Origin: Candidatus Thorarchaeota archaeon
GTDB taxonomy: Archaea; Asgardarchaeota; Thorarchaeia; Thorarchaeales; Thorarchaeaceae
DNA: 64,000 nt
Assembly: GCA_019057475.1 (NCBI GenBank)
Contig: DXJO01000041.1
Coordinates: 32,001-96,000, forward strand
Direction of reading: 5' to 3'
Positions 40,961 to 50,948 of the stretch are shown here, one piece after another (within the stretch, counting starts at the first letter, position 1; each line of letters opens with the position of its first letter). A program made the position numbers and the translations under genes. The notes below the pieces were generated by a model. It was given only the letters and a program-made list of their open reading frames with translations. It ran no database searches and was not told the origin of the DNA.

Positions 40961-43798
40961 TCATTTCAATTCCTTAAGAATCAAGTTGTCTATTCGTTTC
41001 TTGGATTCCAACTCAGAGAGCCCCCAGCATTCAATGTAAGTCAAATTCAAGAACTGGAGCGCTTTCATGACATCCCTACGGTGATGTTCAGAAATCTTGG
41101 TCGCAGCTTCATGGAACATTTTGATGGCTTTAACGAAGTTTGCTTCCGCTTCTTTGCATTTGCTCAACCCATGATAGGTTTTTCCAAAATTTGCATATAT
41201 CATGGCCATTTCAACAAGATGGGTTTCTCTTGAGTTTTCAAGTAGCTTCTTCCTAATCTCCATTGATTCAAGTAGGTATTTTCCTGCCGTCCCCCATCTC
41301 TCCAAACAGTGCAGTGCAATGGCGATATTATTCAAGTTCGCTGCAATTGCAGCTCCATAGGCATTTCCTTCCTCAGGAAGTGATCGCCAAATATCTAGTG
41401 CTTCCAAGTGAAGCTCCAATGATTCTGAGCATTTTCCGATATCAGTGTAGAGAAACCCAAGAGCATTAAGTGCATTCGCAAGATTCATTTCAAAGAAACT
41501 GGATACTTCTGCATCTAGTTCTCTATAGATGGCTATGCTCTCTCTCAAGCGTTCTTCGCTTTCGTGTAGAAGTTTTGGATTTCCTGAACTGATTCCTAAT
41601 CTATGACAAGCGATTCCAAGTGCATTCAGAGTGTCAGCAACCGATGAGATATGAATATGAAACGGAAGCATTTCGTCAAGAGTTTTACGTATATCAAGAG
41701 TCTCTGTAAGCATGGAAATACTTGAATTGAGATTGCCAGAATCCTTTAGAAGTAGTCCAAGGTTGTGGAGAATCGTCCCTCTCAAAGAGAGATAGATTTC
41801 AGGGTACTTGTCTAGTTGCTGCTGAACAACATCTAAAGCTCTCCTAAAATGTAACTCTCCTTGTTTGTAGTTGCGTAGTCCATAATAGGATAAACCTAGA
41901 CTGTTATGGACTCCAACCAAATTATAGAAGAACTCTTCTTCTTTTCTGGCTGAAAGGTTTTCAAAAAGATTCAATGATTCATTCAAGGATTTCAGAGACT
42001 CGGAGAATCGACCTAGTCGACGATAGAGATTTCCTAGATTGTTCAGGTTTCCAGCTTTACCTTCCTGAGAAATGTCGGGATGTGAGTCAATGAATTGGTT
42101 GTTGATTGCCAATGCATCTTTCAAGTATGTTTCTGCATCTGTAAGTTGCCCTTTACTTCGGCATAACAATGCGTAATTGTTCAGCACGCCTGCCACATGC
42201 AACAATCTTTCATCTTTTGGTTCAATTGGTTCAGTTTTATATCTGCTAATAGCTTCCACAAATTGCACACTGGCGTCACCCAGAACACCAATGTCCAAAT
42301 AGGATTGACCTAGCATTCCCTTCTGAATTGATTTGAACCAATCTGATCGAAATTCAACAGATTCGAGCAGTTCAGATATTTCTTCATACTTGTGCCGCAT
42401 TCGAAAACTTCGCAGGATTGGTCGAAGCTCTTGCATCGCATGGTTTTCCGAGTATAATGCTGCAGAAGAAACAGCTAGTGACAGAAAAGATAGGTTTCCA
42501 CTCTCTTTGTAGTGTTTCATAAGAATTGAACTTGCTTCTAGGATGATTTCAGGCGTGTCTTCATTGACCATCCTGATGGCAAGCTCGCGTGCAATCTCAT
42601 GCATTCTGAAGTATGGCTCTTCAAAAGTAATGACACTCAATCTAATGAAATCCCTCCAAATCTGCGGGTCTAGAGATGGGCAAATTAGCCGAGCTATATT
42701 TCTGTCAAAATGCGGAATTAGGGCTAATCTACTAGCGATTGGAGATAAATGTCGAAGTCCGTCAAAGAGAAGCTTCCATGATCTCTCATATACTTCTGAT
42801 ATGGTATGTTGTTCAAAATCGGTCAACTCTGAAATGACTAAAGCATCTCTCTCAAAGGCATCACAGAAAGCATGAATTACAAACGGTGACTCGTGACTTG
42901 ATAGTATGATGATATTTCGTATCTCTTTAGGTATTCCTCTTTTTTCAAGAATTTTGTTGCAGCTTTTGCGATCAAGTTGTTGTATTTCTTTGTCCTGCCT
43001 TGATACCCCCAGCACTTGAGGTGGAAGGGGTAGCGTTCTTGCTGCAAGTACTCCTAGACTTCCCTTTACCTTGGTCAGAAATAAATGCCACAGTTCACCT
43101 TCACTTAAACTGACCACTTCATTTCCAACTTTAGAAGGAAAACGCATGAAATCATCCAAATGATCAATGGAGTCCAACATGATTAGGAATGGTAGGTCCT
43201 TCTCCGTTACGGCATTATTCAAATCTTGGGCTAAACCATCAAGAAAAAGTTGAATAGCGAACCCTGGGTTTACTCTAAGAAGCTCTAGGAATCGTCGACC
43301 ATAATCCTTGCCAAGTTGTTCCTTCAACCAAACGCCCACTTCTCCAAAATGCATGTCTACAAGTTTATGCAGTTTCTTTCCGGTAGTAGACATGGCTACT
43401 GCGATTTTGGCAATCTGGCTTAAAGGGGGAATCCAATCCACTAAGTCTTTGATCCATCGCTTGCTTTCAGGCCTATGAGGTTCAATTCCCTTGACTAATC
43501 GAGTTCTAAGATCCAGCAGTCGATTGGATATGCTTGTCTTAATCCCCTTAGCATTGATTTCTCTGACTAGTGCCCTGTATCTTGAGTAGAAATCTCCATG
43601 GTCTCTGAAATTAACTAGAAATGAGTATTCATGCCTATGTACCAATGCCTTGAGAATGGCACTCTTTCCAATTCCTCCAATTCCGAAGATACCAACCATC
43701 GCGGTTTCTCCATCCTTGCAGGCATTCATAGTATCCAATATCCATTCAATCGTGTCCGTTCTACCCACAAAGAAAGTATCCTTTTCTAGTTGGGACAT
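40961..43798 (-). CDS. STAND-like P-loop NTPase with C-terminal TPR array
   Basis: FVGR, GIGGIGKS (Walker A), IMLDSID (Walker B), MHEIARE (MHD-like), repeated A..LNNLG.LY TPRs. Confidence 0.85.
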   Translation of the reverse strand: MSQLEKDTFFVGRTDTIEWILDTMNACKDGETAMVGIFGIGGIGKSAILKALVHRHEYSFLVNFRDHGDFYSRYRALVREINAKGIKTSISNRLLDLRTRLVKGIEPHRPESKRWIKDLVDWIPPLSQIAKIAVAMSTTGKKLHKLVDMHFGEVGVWLKEQLGKDYGRRFLELLRVNPGFAIQLFLDGLAQDLNNAVTEKDLPFLIMLDSIDHLDDFMRFPSKVGNEVVSLSEGELWHLFLTKVKGSLGVLAARTLPLPPQVLGVSRQDKEIQQLDRKSCNKILEKRGIPKEIRNIIILSSHESPFVIHAFCDAFERDALVISELTDFEQHTISEVYERSWKLLFDGLRHLSPIASRLALIPHFDRNIARLICPSLDPQIWRDFIRLSVITFEEPYFRMHEIARELAIRMVNEDTPEIILEASSILMKHYKESGNLSFLSLAVSSAALYSENHAMQELRPILRSFRMRHKYEEISELLESVEFRSDWFKSIQKGMLGQSYLDIGVLGDASVQFVEAISRYKTEPIEPKDERLLHVAGVLNNYALLCRSKGQLTDAETYLKDALAINNQFIDSHPDISQEGKAGNLNNLGNLYRRLGRFSESLKSLNESLNLFENLSARKEEEFFYNLVGVHNSLGLSYYGLRNYKQGELHFRRALDVVQQQLDKYPEIYLSLRGTILHNLGLLLKDSGNLNSSISMLTETLDIRKTLDEMLPFHIHISSVADTLNALGIACHRLGISSGNPKLLHESEERLRESIAIYRELDAEVSSFFEMNLANALNALGFLYTDIGKCSESLELHLEALDIWRSLPEEGNAYGAAIAANLNNIAIALHCLERWGTAGKYLLESMEIRKKLLENSRETHLVEMAMIYANFGKTYHGLSKCKEAEANFVKAIKMFHEAATKISEHHRRDVMKALQFLNLTYIECWGLSELESKKRIDNLILKELK

Positions 43799-43953
43799 CT
43801 TCGGTCACCAGGTGAAGAAACGCTTATCTTTGAGGACGAGTATCAAAATGCATTTCTCTGCAAAACAAGAGAGATGGCAATGCTTGCGAGTCCTCAAGAC
43901 AGTTGCTAATACCGAAAGCATTTCATTCTTCCTGATTTCGGTCTTCTAGTTCC

Positions 43954-44913
43954 TTGATTATTGGTTCTATGCACATCCATGAATCTTTATGTCAATCCAC
44001 TGAAGCAACAAACGAGGGTTATGAATTGCTAACTGACAACCGACAGACGATGTTGGACAGAAATGTGGATTATTGCAGACAAGTAGTGGTTGTTGTAATA
44101 GCTGCAGTTGGAGCATACTGGTCCACAACTCTGGCATCGGAGGTTTTGCTACCATGGACTCTGTTCCTGTTTGGAGGCGCCATTATTTACACTCTCGTTC
44201 TGCCATACAAAAGAGCATCATTGATAGAGGGCCGTTGGGGTCTTCCAGCCAGAGTCAAGGCACTTACTGTTGTCTTGATGGGATCCCCCTTCTACCTGTT
44301 TCCCTCAATTGCAGTACTCTTGGACACTTCTTTGGCGGAATCCCTGCCCATGTTTCACTACCAAATCGCAACATTCCAGTTTGAAACGGCATTCAGCTCC
44401 TTCATACCACTAGTAATGAGTTTCCTATACGGAGGCTTATTCGCGTCAATACTCACTGCGCGTGTTGGTATTCGGTTCATTCTCAGGAAATTTCGCTATG
44501 GAGAGGCAGAAATAAATGAAACGCTTAGGTATGCAACAGACAGAACTGGTCGCATAGAACTTGGCTTTTCTCTTGCGATTGTCTTCGCTGCTCTTTATGT
44601 GATAGCAGGATGGTATCGCCTTGACGTTTCAAGCACGTCACAGTATTACTTCTTTGGTGCTTTTCTTCTAGTGATGATGTTAGTCTTCTATGGGTACTTC
44701 TTTGTAACCTATACACCATCTGTATGTCCCAAGTGGACTCGAAGACTCCTAGAGGCGATTCTTCTTCTCTCAATCTTTGCAACAATTATCGGCTACCTAT
44801 TGGGGATACTCTTCGCATTAGCGGCAATCACTCTTCTCCATTTCCTTTCCAACAAAGGCCGCCGCAAGCTTGAGCTTAGAGCGTTTGTTGAGGAGAAACA
44901 AGAGGAGAATTAG
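43954..44913 (+). CDS. Hypothetical multi-pass membrane protein
   Basis: About 8 hydrophobic segments; start uncertain. Confidence 0.7.
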   Translation: MIIGSMHIHESLCQSTEATNEGYELLTDNRQTMLDRNVDYCRQVVVVVIAAVGAYWSTTLASEVLLPWTLFLFGGAIIYTLVLPYKRASLIEGRWGLPARVKALTVVLMGSPFYLFPSIAVLLDTSLAESLPMFHYQIATFQFETAFSSFIPLVMSFLYGGLFASILTARVGIRFILRKFRYGEAEINETLRYATDRTGRIELGFSLAIVFAALYVIAGWYRLDVSSTSQYYFFGAFLLVMMLVFYGYFFVTYTPSVCPKWTRRLLEAILLLSIFATIIGYLLGILFALAAITLLHFLSNKGRRKLELRAFVEEKQEEN

Positions 44914-45014
44914 ATGAGAAAAAGAAAAGGGAAAGAGACAAGCTTGATCAGGACCGGTGGACGTATTACTTCTACAAACTGTATCCAAGCTTAGAATATG
45001 GCATATACGGTGCG

Positions 45015-45230
45015 GTGACTTTGGGGATTCTTGGCTTCTCAGTTCTTTCACTTGTTGGATACCAAATTGGATTTGTTGAGTTGCTTCTTTTCTTGCTTCT
45101 GATTAGTGGTATCTATTTCGGACTTCCTAGGGCGTACTTCTTACTGAAAGTTCATCGCGGAGAGTTTGATGATATCGTAAGAAGGCTCGAATCCAAGCGG
45201 GTTGAAGGAGCCTTTGACCTGCTCAGTTAG
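45015..45230 (+). CDS. Small membrane protein (frame open back to ~44892; start unclear, possibly frameshifted from ATG 44914)
   Basis: Hydrophobic hairpin; ends 7 nt before repeat 1. Confidence 0.5.
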   Translation: MTLGILGFSVLSLVGYQIGFVELLLFLLLISGIYFGLPRAYFLLKVHRGEFDDIVRRLESKRVEGAFDLLS

Positions 45231-45236
45231 TCATTG

Positions 45237-45284
45237 TCCTTGGCATGGAAGAGGTCCCGAGTTCGAATCTCGCTCGGTCCACCA
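45237..45284 (+). repeat. tRNA-Ala 3'-half copy 1 (attR-like)
   Basis: TCCTTGGCATGGAAGAGGTCCCGAGTTCGAATCTCGCTCGGTCCACCA, 42/48 identical to 33134-33181. Confidence 0.93.
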
Positions 45285-45341
45285 ATCATCTTCATAGTTG
45301 TTTCGGGTTTCATCCACGATTCCTAACATGAAGCCGGGCTA

Positions 45342-46256
45342 TTGCTAGCACTCTTTTATAGTACAATGGGATCAATAGATTGTGAATCAAATCATATCCA
45401 GACAATAAGGGGGCGGCTTCTAATAACGAGTCAACGCGAAAATGATTGGGGAAAAATCGTTGCTAATAAACAGGTCCAGACGTGGTTGAAGAATGATGAG
45501 GAGCATGTACTTCCAATCATGATTAAGGATTTCAGGGGCCTTTCACTTGGACCGGCCAAACTTATTCCTACCTATGACACCAAAGAGATCCCTAAAGCGC
45601 TCAAATCAATAGATGTAGAATTACTACGCAACCAAAAGGGTGGCTGCTTGTTAATCAAGAGGAAAGCTGTTGGCTCGCAGACATTGTTTCCAAAGCTTCC
45701 CACTCCCACGAAATCACATTCCGGACTCCCCTTCCAGTCAATCCCTGAATTATCTGTACTGAGAAAACCAAAATCCCGACTTGTAAATGAAGAAACAGGA
45801 ATACACTTAGCTTGGACCATGGGCATCCTTCAATCTTTTTTCATGGAGGTTTTCTCTCCGTACGAGCAATTTGCAGTTGGGGGAAGATTGAAGACGCGTG
45901 TTAAGGGGAAGTTCATGATATTGGGTCAAGATTATCCCGTTGACGCTCTTGTCGAAGCTGATGGATACTTTGAATCTCGGGATAGAATAATCGTATTGGA
46001 GGCAAAACAATCAGACAACAATCAATTTTGTGCAGACTTTAGCATCCATCAACTCCTACTACCTCTCATGTTGGTAAGAGGAATCACTAAGAAGATGAGT
46101 AGTGGGATGTTCTTAGACTATTCAATTAGCAGAAGTGATGGACGAGCAACAGTAAACTACAGGATTTACCACTATGATATCCCTGGAAGCGATTCATCGA
46201 TTGATCCGTTTAGTTACAGAGCAGGCTCGTCAAAGGAATATTTGATAACCATTTAG
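45342..46256 (+). CDS. Restriction endonuclease-like PD-(D/E)XK protein (DUF6997-like)
   Basis: VEADGYFES...VLEAKQ...DFSIHQLLLP; start uncertain (ATA at 45423 possible). Confidence 0.7.
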   Translation: MLALFYSTMGSIDCESNHIQTIRGRLLITSQRENDWGKIVANKQVQTWLKNDEEHVLPIMIKDFRGLSLGPAKLIPTYDTKEIPKALKSIDVELLRNQKGGCLLIKRKAVGSQTLFPKLPTPTKSHSGLPFQSIPELSVLRKPKSRLVNEETGIHLAWTMGILQSFFMEVFSPYEQFAVGGRLKTRVKGKFMILGQDYPVDALVEADGYFESRDRIIVLEAKQSDNNQFCADFSIHQLLLPLMLVRGITKKMSSGMFLDYSISRSDGRATVNYRIYHYDIPGSDSSIDPFSYRAGSSKEYLITI

Positions 46257-46304
46257 CCTCTTTGGATAACTTAGCACTTGTGACGCACTCTGCGTGCATC
46301 CAAA

Positions 46305-46344
46305 ATGGAAGAGGTTGCGAGCTCGAATCTCGGGTGGTCCACCA
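46305..46344 (+). repeat. tRNA 3'-end copy 2
   Basis: ATGGAAGAGGTTGCGAGCTCGAATCTCGGGTGGTCCACCA, 31/40 to the tRNA-Ala 3' end. Confidence 0.85.
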
Positions 46345-46440
46345 CCTTCTTCTATTTCTAAAGGAAACTGGACGGTTCAAGTTTCCAAGCACCTCGTCAT
46401 TCTTATGGGAACTAATCCATACATGTAGTGGTACTGAATC

Positions 46441-46923
46441 ATGCTCTTCGTCACAGTTGCAGGTCTACTCTCATGGTTTATTCCAAGAAGAAGAGTGCAG
46501 TGGAAATGGTCTCTTGTAGCCTTTCTCCTAGTGACTTTGACAGTTTCATTATGGGTCATAGATGATGTCCGAGCAGCCGGTGTGGTACGTGATGTCACTC
46601 GTTCAGAAGGAGACCTTGTCTACTCCATTGTATATCTCAACAGCACTGCATTGTTCCCGTTTGTACTGCAGAAGCATCACAATTGGACCGCAAGGTCATT
46701 CGTATACTATATTCGGTTCTTGAACCATGATGGTAGCCTAGTTTCTCAGACAAGGCCAGGCCCCGATCAGAGTGAGTTTATGCATATGGCTTTGTTTGCA
46801 ATATCGATTTCCCTCTGCTTTCAAGGATTCATAATAGCTCTGCTTGCAATTCTAGGGGCGGAATTCATCACATGGTGGCGAAAACCGAACAGAATGGATA
46901 TTCTGCGTAGTATTACAGAGTAA
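46441..46923 (+). CDS. Hypothetical membrane protein (cassette 2)
   Basis: N- and C-terminal hydrophobic helices; fills the interval between copies 2 and 3. Confidence 0.6.
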   Translation: MLFVTVAGLLSWFIPRRRVQWKWSLVAFLLVTLTVSLWVIDDVRAAGVVRDVTRSEGDLVYSIVYLNSTALFPFVLQKHHNWTARSFVYYIRFLNHDGSLVSQTRPGPDQSEFMHMALFAISISLCFQGFIIALLAILGAEFITWWRKPNRMDILRSITE

Positions 46924-46942
46924 CTCTCTTATCTTCCAGTTG

Positions 46943-46970
46943 GCGAGTTCGAATCTCGCCCGGCCCACCA
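46943..46970 (+). repeat. tRNA 3'-end copy 3 (intact T arm)
   Basis: GCGAG-TTCGAAT-CTCGC-CCGGCCC-ACCA. Confidence 0.9.
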
Positions 46971-47002
46971 ATCGTTTTCGTAGTCGTTCCTTTCAACGAA
47001 TT

Positions 47003-47425
47003 TCATCCACGACTCCGCTCATGAAGTCGAGTTCGAATTCTGTCAAGCAACAGGCGTATGTCTATTCGGTAGGGCGAGAAGAGATAAAGCAGTCCTAGAG
47101 CAACCCAGACAATCCAGATTCCACAATGTATGAACATTATGTAGAATACCTGGTCAATAAGATATCCATGTGAAAGCGCCTGATACCCCCCGGACGGAGC
47201 TGGAATGGGAAGGAATCTCCCGGGAGGGAGGCTTGACCACATCAACCCCTCTTCGAGGCTCCACCACCAACCACCAATAAACCAAGCGGATATCAAAATC
47301 CAAATGTAGTAGACCAAAATGAGAGCAACCATGACGCGGCGTATCCGGGCAGCCCTGTCCACATGACGCCTCACTAGCAGGTTTTGATTCCGGAACTCCA
47401 CATTCAGAGTATTCGATTCACTCAT
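47003..47425 (-). CDS. Hypothetical 2-TM Trp-rich membrane protein (cassette 3)
   Basis: Two TM segments; ATG at 47425. Confidence 0.65.
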   Translation of the reverse strand: MSESNTLNVEFRNQNLLVRRHVDRAARIRRVMVALILVYYIWILISAWFIGGWWWSLEEGLMWSSLPPGRFLPIPAPSGGYQALSHGYLIDQVFYIMFIHCGIWIVWVALGLLYLFSPYRIDIRLLLDRIRTRLHERSRG

Positions 47426-47531
47426 CGATATCTCACAATTCCAGAGCAATGATACTCTACGAGTCAATTGCCCAGCTTTGGCAATAATCTTCCTATTTCA
47501 GTAATTGATTCCAGTAGACGACTGTATGCAC

Positions 47532-47552
47532 CGAATCTCGGCGGGTCCATCA
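47532..47552 (+). repeat. tRNA 3'-end copy 4 (degenerate)
   Basis: CGAATCTCGGCGGGTCCATCA, 18/21 to consensus CGAATCTCGCCCGGTCCACCA; intergenic. Confidence 0.7.
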
Positions 47553-47592
47553 CACTTTTCAAATCTTGGACATCTGCATGTCTTGAAAAGCC

Positions 47593-48195
47593 ATGAAACA
47601 CAAACTGCTTCTCGAATTGCCAGAAATCCTAGAAACAGATGCACTGGTCATTAGGAAATACAGGAGAGAAGATGGAAAGCAATACAATGATCTGTTTGAG
47701 AGGAATAACAATCGAGATTTGTTGAAAGAACACGTTGATGAGGCTACAGAAATCACTACAACGGAGAAAGCTGAGATCAGGATAAGAGAACATGCTGCAG
47801 AATGGGAAGCACGAACAAGGTTTGTGATGGGCGTATGGTTGAAGAAAGAAGAACTGTATATTGGCCAGATTTGGATTGAGCCCAAGAATTGGGAAGTACC
47901 GTCATTCGAACTCGGCTATTTCTTGGATGACGGATATCAGGGACATGGCATTGCATTTGTAGCAGCTAAACGTTCTCTAAGGTTCCTCTTCGATGAACTT
48001 CACGCTCACAAAGTGATGATTCTGACACGTGACACAAACGAAAAGAGCTGGAAACTAGCTGAACGACTTGGTTTTGTGAGGGAAGGTCATCTAAGGGAAT
48101 GCGGCGTTGGGAGTGGCAAACGTTGGGGTCAGTATCATTATGGAATGCTTGTAGGAGAGTACAGGACAAAGCAAAAGGGTACTTCACAGGGATAG
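47593..48195 (+). CDS. RimJ/RimL-like GNAT acetyltransferase
   Basis: ELGYFLDDGYQGHG, NEKSWKLAERLGFVREG. Confidence 0.9.
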   Translation: MKHKLLLELPEILETDALVIRKYRREDGKQYNDLFERNNNRDLLKEHVDEATEITTTEKAEIRIREHAAEWEARTRFVMGVWLKKEELYIGQIWIEPKNWEVPSFELGYFLDDGYQGHGIAFVAAKRSLRFLFDELHAHKVMILTRDTNEKSWKLAERLGFVREGHLRECGVGSGKRWGQYHYGMLVGEYRTKQKGTSQG

Positions 48196-48342
48196 CATGA
48201 TTCAATCTCAAAGGAATCTGATGCTGGCCATCTTATCGCTGATTCCAATCATGTATTCATTCTAAGGGTCGCTAAATTGAAATCGCAAAGTTGTGAAAAA
48301 CACTATAAGTTTTCATGAGCATTAAGAGATTGAGGAGTTTCT

Positions 48343-48660
48343 TTGCAGCTTGAGATTGTCCCTGAAACCGTTCTCATAAGCGTCTTTGTGGGGACATGCC
48401 TTCTCTTCACACTATACCTGATATTGAAGACATGTTCTGAAAGAAATTTGGTAAGACCTGAACGAAGGGGAGGAACACCGAGGGTTGACGACTTGACCGC
48501 AACACAGAGTGCATATGGGCATGAGGTTTCGTATTCCTCTAGCATCCGTGGGTGTGGATCTTCAGCAGGTCCTTTTCCAATTGGTGGAAGAACAGAAAGA
48601 CTTCCCACAAGGTCGTTTGGAAGCTACACTAAACCGAGAAGGAAATCAAAGAAAAGCTGA
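48343..48660 (+). CDS. Hypothetical small single-TM protein
   Basis: GAGGAG before TTG; N-terminal TM; ends ~30 nt before copy 5. Confidence 0.45.
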   Translation: MQLEIVPETVLISVFVGTCLLFTLYLILKTCSERNLVRPERRGGTPRVDDLTATQSAYGHEVSYSSSIRGCGSSAGPFPIGGRTERLPTRSFGSYTKPRRKSKKS

Positions 48661-48689
48661 CTTGTGACTTGAGGAAATCCTGGTGCGAA

Positions 48690-48711
48690 TCGAATCTCGC
48701 CCGGTCCAGCA
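48690..48711 (+). repeat. tRNA 3'-end copy 5
   Basis: TCGAATCTCGCCCGGTCCAGCA, 21/22 to consensus. Confidence 0.85.
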
Positions 48712-49062
48712 CTCACTCCTAGGAATTATTGATTTTTCTCACGGTTTCTTTACATAAATGGTTGCTATAATGAGAACAACCGCGACACCAGCTCCAACAA
48801 CTAGAAACATTGTTTGCGAAGGGGGGATTGTGGAGGTTATGGGGGTTGTGGTTTCTGTTGTACTAGTTGTGTATGGCCATTATGCATATCTAGTTCTTGC
48901 CGCATTCATGACAATATTCCACATCTGATGATGACACTAGTAGTATCCTCGGTTCTAACTTTGGGAGTAATCGGAATAGTATTACTAGGAAGATGGTTTC
49001 AGAGGGATGGGGCGACTTCTTGATGGATTATGATAAATAGAAGCAACGCCGAAAGGAATTCT

Positions 49063-49836
49063 ATGAACGAGACTTTGAAGACAATTGATGATCGGAAATC
49101 GTTGAGAGGATATGATTCAAGAGAGATTTCTTCAGAACACAAGAAGTGGATTCTCCACAGTGCTTTTCGAGCTCCTACCGCGGGGAATATGATGCTTTAT
49201 TCCATCATTGAAGTAGCAGATCAAAAGATGAAGGATAAACTAGTCAAGACATGTGACAACCAACCCTTCATAGCCAAAGCCCCCCTTGTGTTATTGTTCC
49301 TTTCAGACATGCAGAGATGGTACGACCTCTTCGAATATTCCAGTGTACCAGACCTATGCAAGGAGCGAAGCATCGAATATGTCACCCCAAAAGAATCAGA
49401 CTTGCTGCTCGCTTCCTGTGATGCACTGATAGCGGCACAAAATGCTGTGATTGCTGCTGAGTCTTTGGGCATAGGTTCGTGCTACATTGGCGACATAATG
49501 GAGAACATAGAGATTCACAGAGAGATGTTTAATCTACCTAAGTGGGTCTTTCCAATAGCGCTTCTATGCTTCGGCTATCCCCGACGGGATGACCGGGATG
49601 ACCGTGAGAAGACACCCCGATTCCCTGAACACTTGGTGTATTTCAAGAACAAATACATCCGAACAGATGGTAAAGAATTCGAGTCAACACTCATGGCTCA
49701 AACCAGGGATAAGGAAGCCATCTTCAAAAAGGCCAAGAACATTGGGCAGTTCATCTATTTACGGAAGACCGGTGCAGACTTTACTACCGAGATGCGTCGT
49801 TCAGTCAAGGTCGCAATTACCGACTGGATTGAATGA
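49063..49836 (+). CDS. NfsA/Frp-like nitroreductase (flavin reductase)
   Basis: RKSLRGY, APTAGNMM, AAESLGIGSCYIG, LCFGYP. Confidence 0.9.
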   Translation: MNETLKTIDDRKSLRGYDSREISSEHKKWILHSAFRAPTAGNMMLYSIIEVADQKMKDKLVKTCDNQPFIAKAPLVLLFLSDMQRWYDLFEYSSVPDLCKERSIEYVTPKESDLLLASCDALIAAQNAVIAAESLGIGSCYIGDIMENIEIHREMFNLPKWVFPIALLCFGYPRRDDRDDREKTPRFPEHLVYFKNKYIRTDGKEFESTLMAQTRDKEAIFKKAKNIGQFIYLRKTGADFTTEMRRSVKVAITDWIE

Positions 49837-49893
49837 ATCAAGAATCGGTGCTAGACTGCGGATTACCAAATCGATGTGAAGAGGTCGCCAGTT

Positions 49894-50724
49894 ATGAATT
49901 CAGTTGCTCTGGTGAAGTGCAAAAGCAGCGTCGGCAAAGCCCTACAAGAGGGCCTTGAGCATATTGGTGGTTTCGGGGTTCTAGATTCTCCAGTTCTCAT
50001 CAAACCAAATATCTGCACAATATCAGACGATACAGGATACTCTGTTACTCAGGTAGAGGTTGTCAAAGCTTTAGTCGAGCTGTTATTGCAAACTGATGAG
50101 GACCTATCCATCAAGATTGTTGAGTCTGACAGCCAGAGTAAGTTTGCAGAAGAAGCCTTTGAGAAGTTCGGATACAAACGACTCTGTGATGATATGAAGG
50201 ACTCAGGATTCGATGTAAGGACTGTTGACCTCAGTAAGGACCCCTTGATGGAGCTCCAGTTCGTTGGGGATTACTTCGAGAATCCTGAACTGCCAGAAAC
50301 AGTCCTCAATGCAGGATATTTCATCTCAGTTGCAGTCCCTAAGACACACTATCTTTCCTTTATCACGGGGGCTTTGAAGAATCTCTTTGGAATCCTTCCA
50401 AGAAAAGACCAAGCGTACTATCATTCAAAGATAGATGAAGTGATTGTGGATTTAGCTAGAATCATCAGACCGAACCTATGCATTATTGACGCAAGAATAG
50501 GCGTTGAGGGATGGAATGGTCCTAAAACAAGAAGGCTTGATGCATACATCGTGGGACACGGAGCAGTATCAGTAGATGCAACAATGGCACGAATCATGGG
50601 TTTCGAGCCTGAACAGATTCGTCACATCATGGATTCGCATGATTATGATCTGGGTACGATTGATCCCACTGTTCTTGGTGAATCTATCGAGTCGATCGCA
50701 GTCAATTTCAAACCTCCGAGATAG
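49894..50724 (+). CDS. DUF362-family protein
   Basis: VLIKPNI, PKTH, TGALKNLFG, GPK, VSVDA. Confidence 0.85.
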   Translation: MNSVALVKCKSSVGKALQEGLEHIGGFGVLDSPVLIKPNICTISDDTGYSVTQVEVVKALVELLLQTDEDLSIKIVESDSQSKFAEEAFEKFGYKRLCDDMKDSGFDVRTVDLSKDPLMELQFVGDYFENPELPETVLNAGYFISVAVPKTHYLSFITGALKNLFGILPRKDQAYYHSKIDEVIVDLARIIRPNLCIIDARIGVEGWNGPKTRRLDAYIVGHGAVSVDATMARIMGFEPEQIRHIMDSHDYDLGTIDPTVLGESIESIAVNFKPPR

Positions 50725-50762
50725 AGAGAAATTATGTTTCTGATGCATATCCACATAATTAT

Positions 50763-50792
50763 GGTCGAGGCCAAATCTCACTCGGTCCACCA
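50763..50792 (+). repeat. tRNA 3'-end copy 6
   Basis: CAAATCTCACTCGGTCCACCA (50772-50792), 20/21 to the resident tRNA-Ala. Confidence 0.85.
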
Positions 50793-50948
50793 GTTTCATT
50801 ATGAAGCATTCAGAGAGAGATTGAACGGAACAATGGGATTAAGGGAAATTGGTCAAGACTCCCATTCTTCGAATGTGTGAGAAGATTCTTATCAAAGCTC
50901 GGCAAATCCTAACAGTCTGTGAATAATCGCAGACGGAGTTAGGAAAAG

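Noticed and set aside
33182-45236. Tyrosine/serine integrase or transposase in the island
   Set aside because: No R...HxxR...Y, serine-recombinase or DDE motif recognised in any ORF.
48758-49023. Cys-rich 69-aa ORF
   Set aside because: Looks like an off-frame read of a degraded hydrophobic gene; cannot be supported as a gene.
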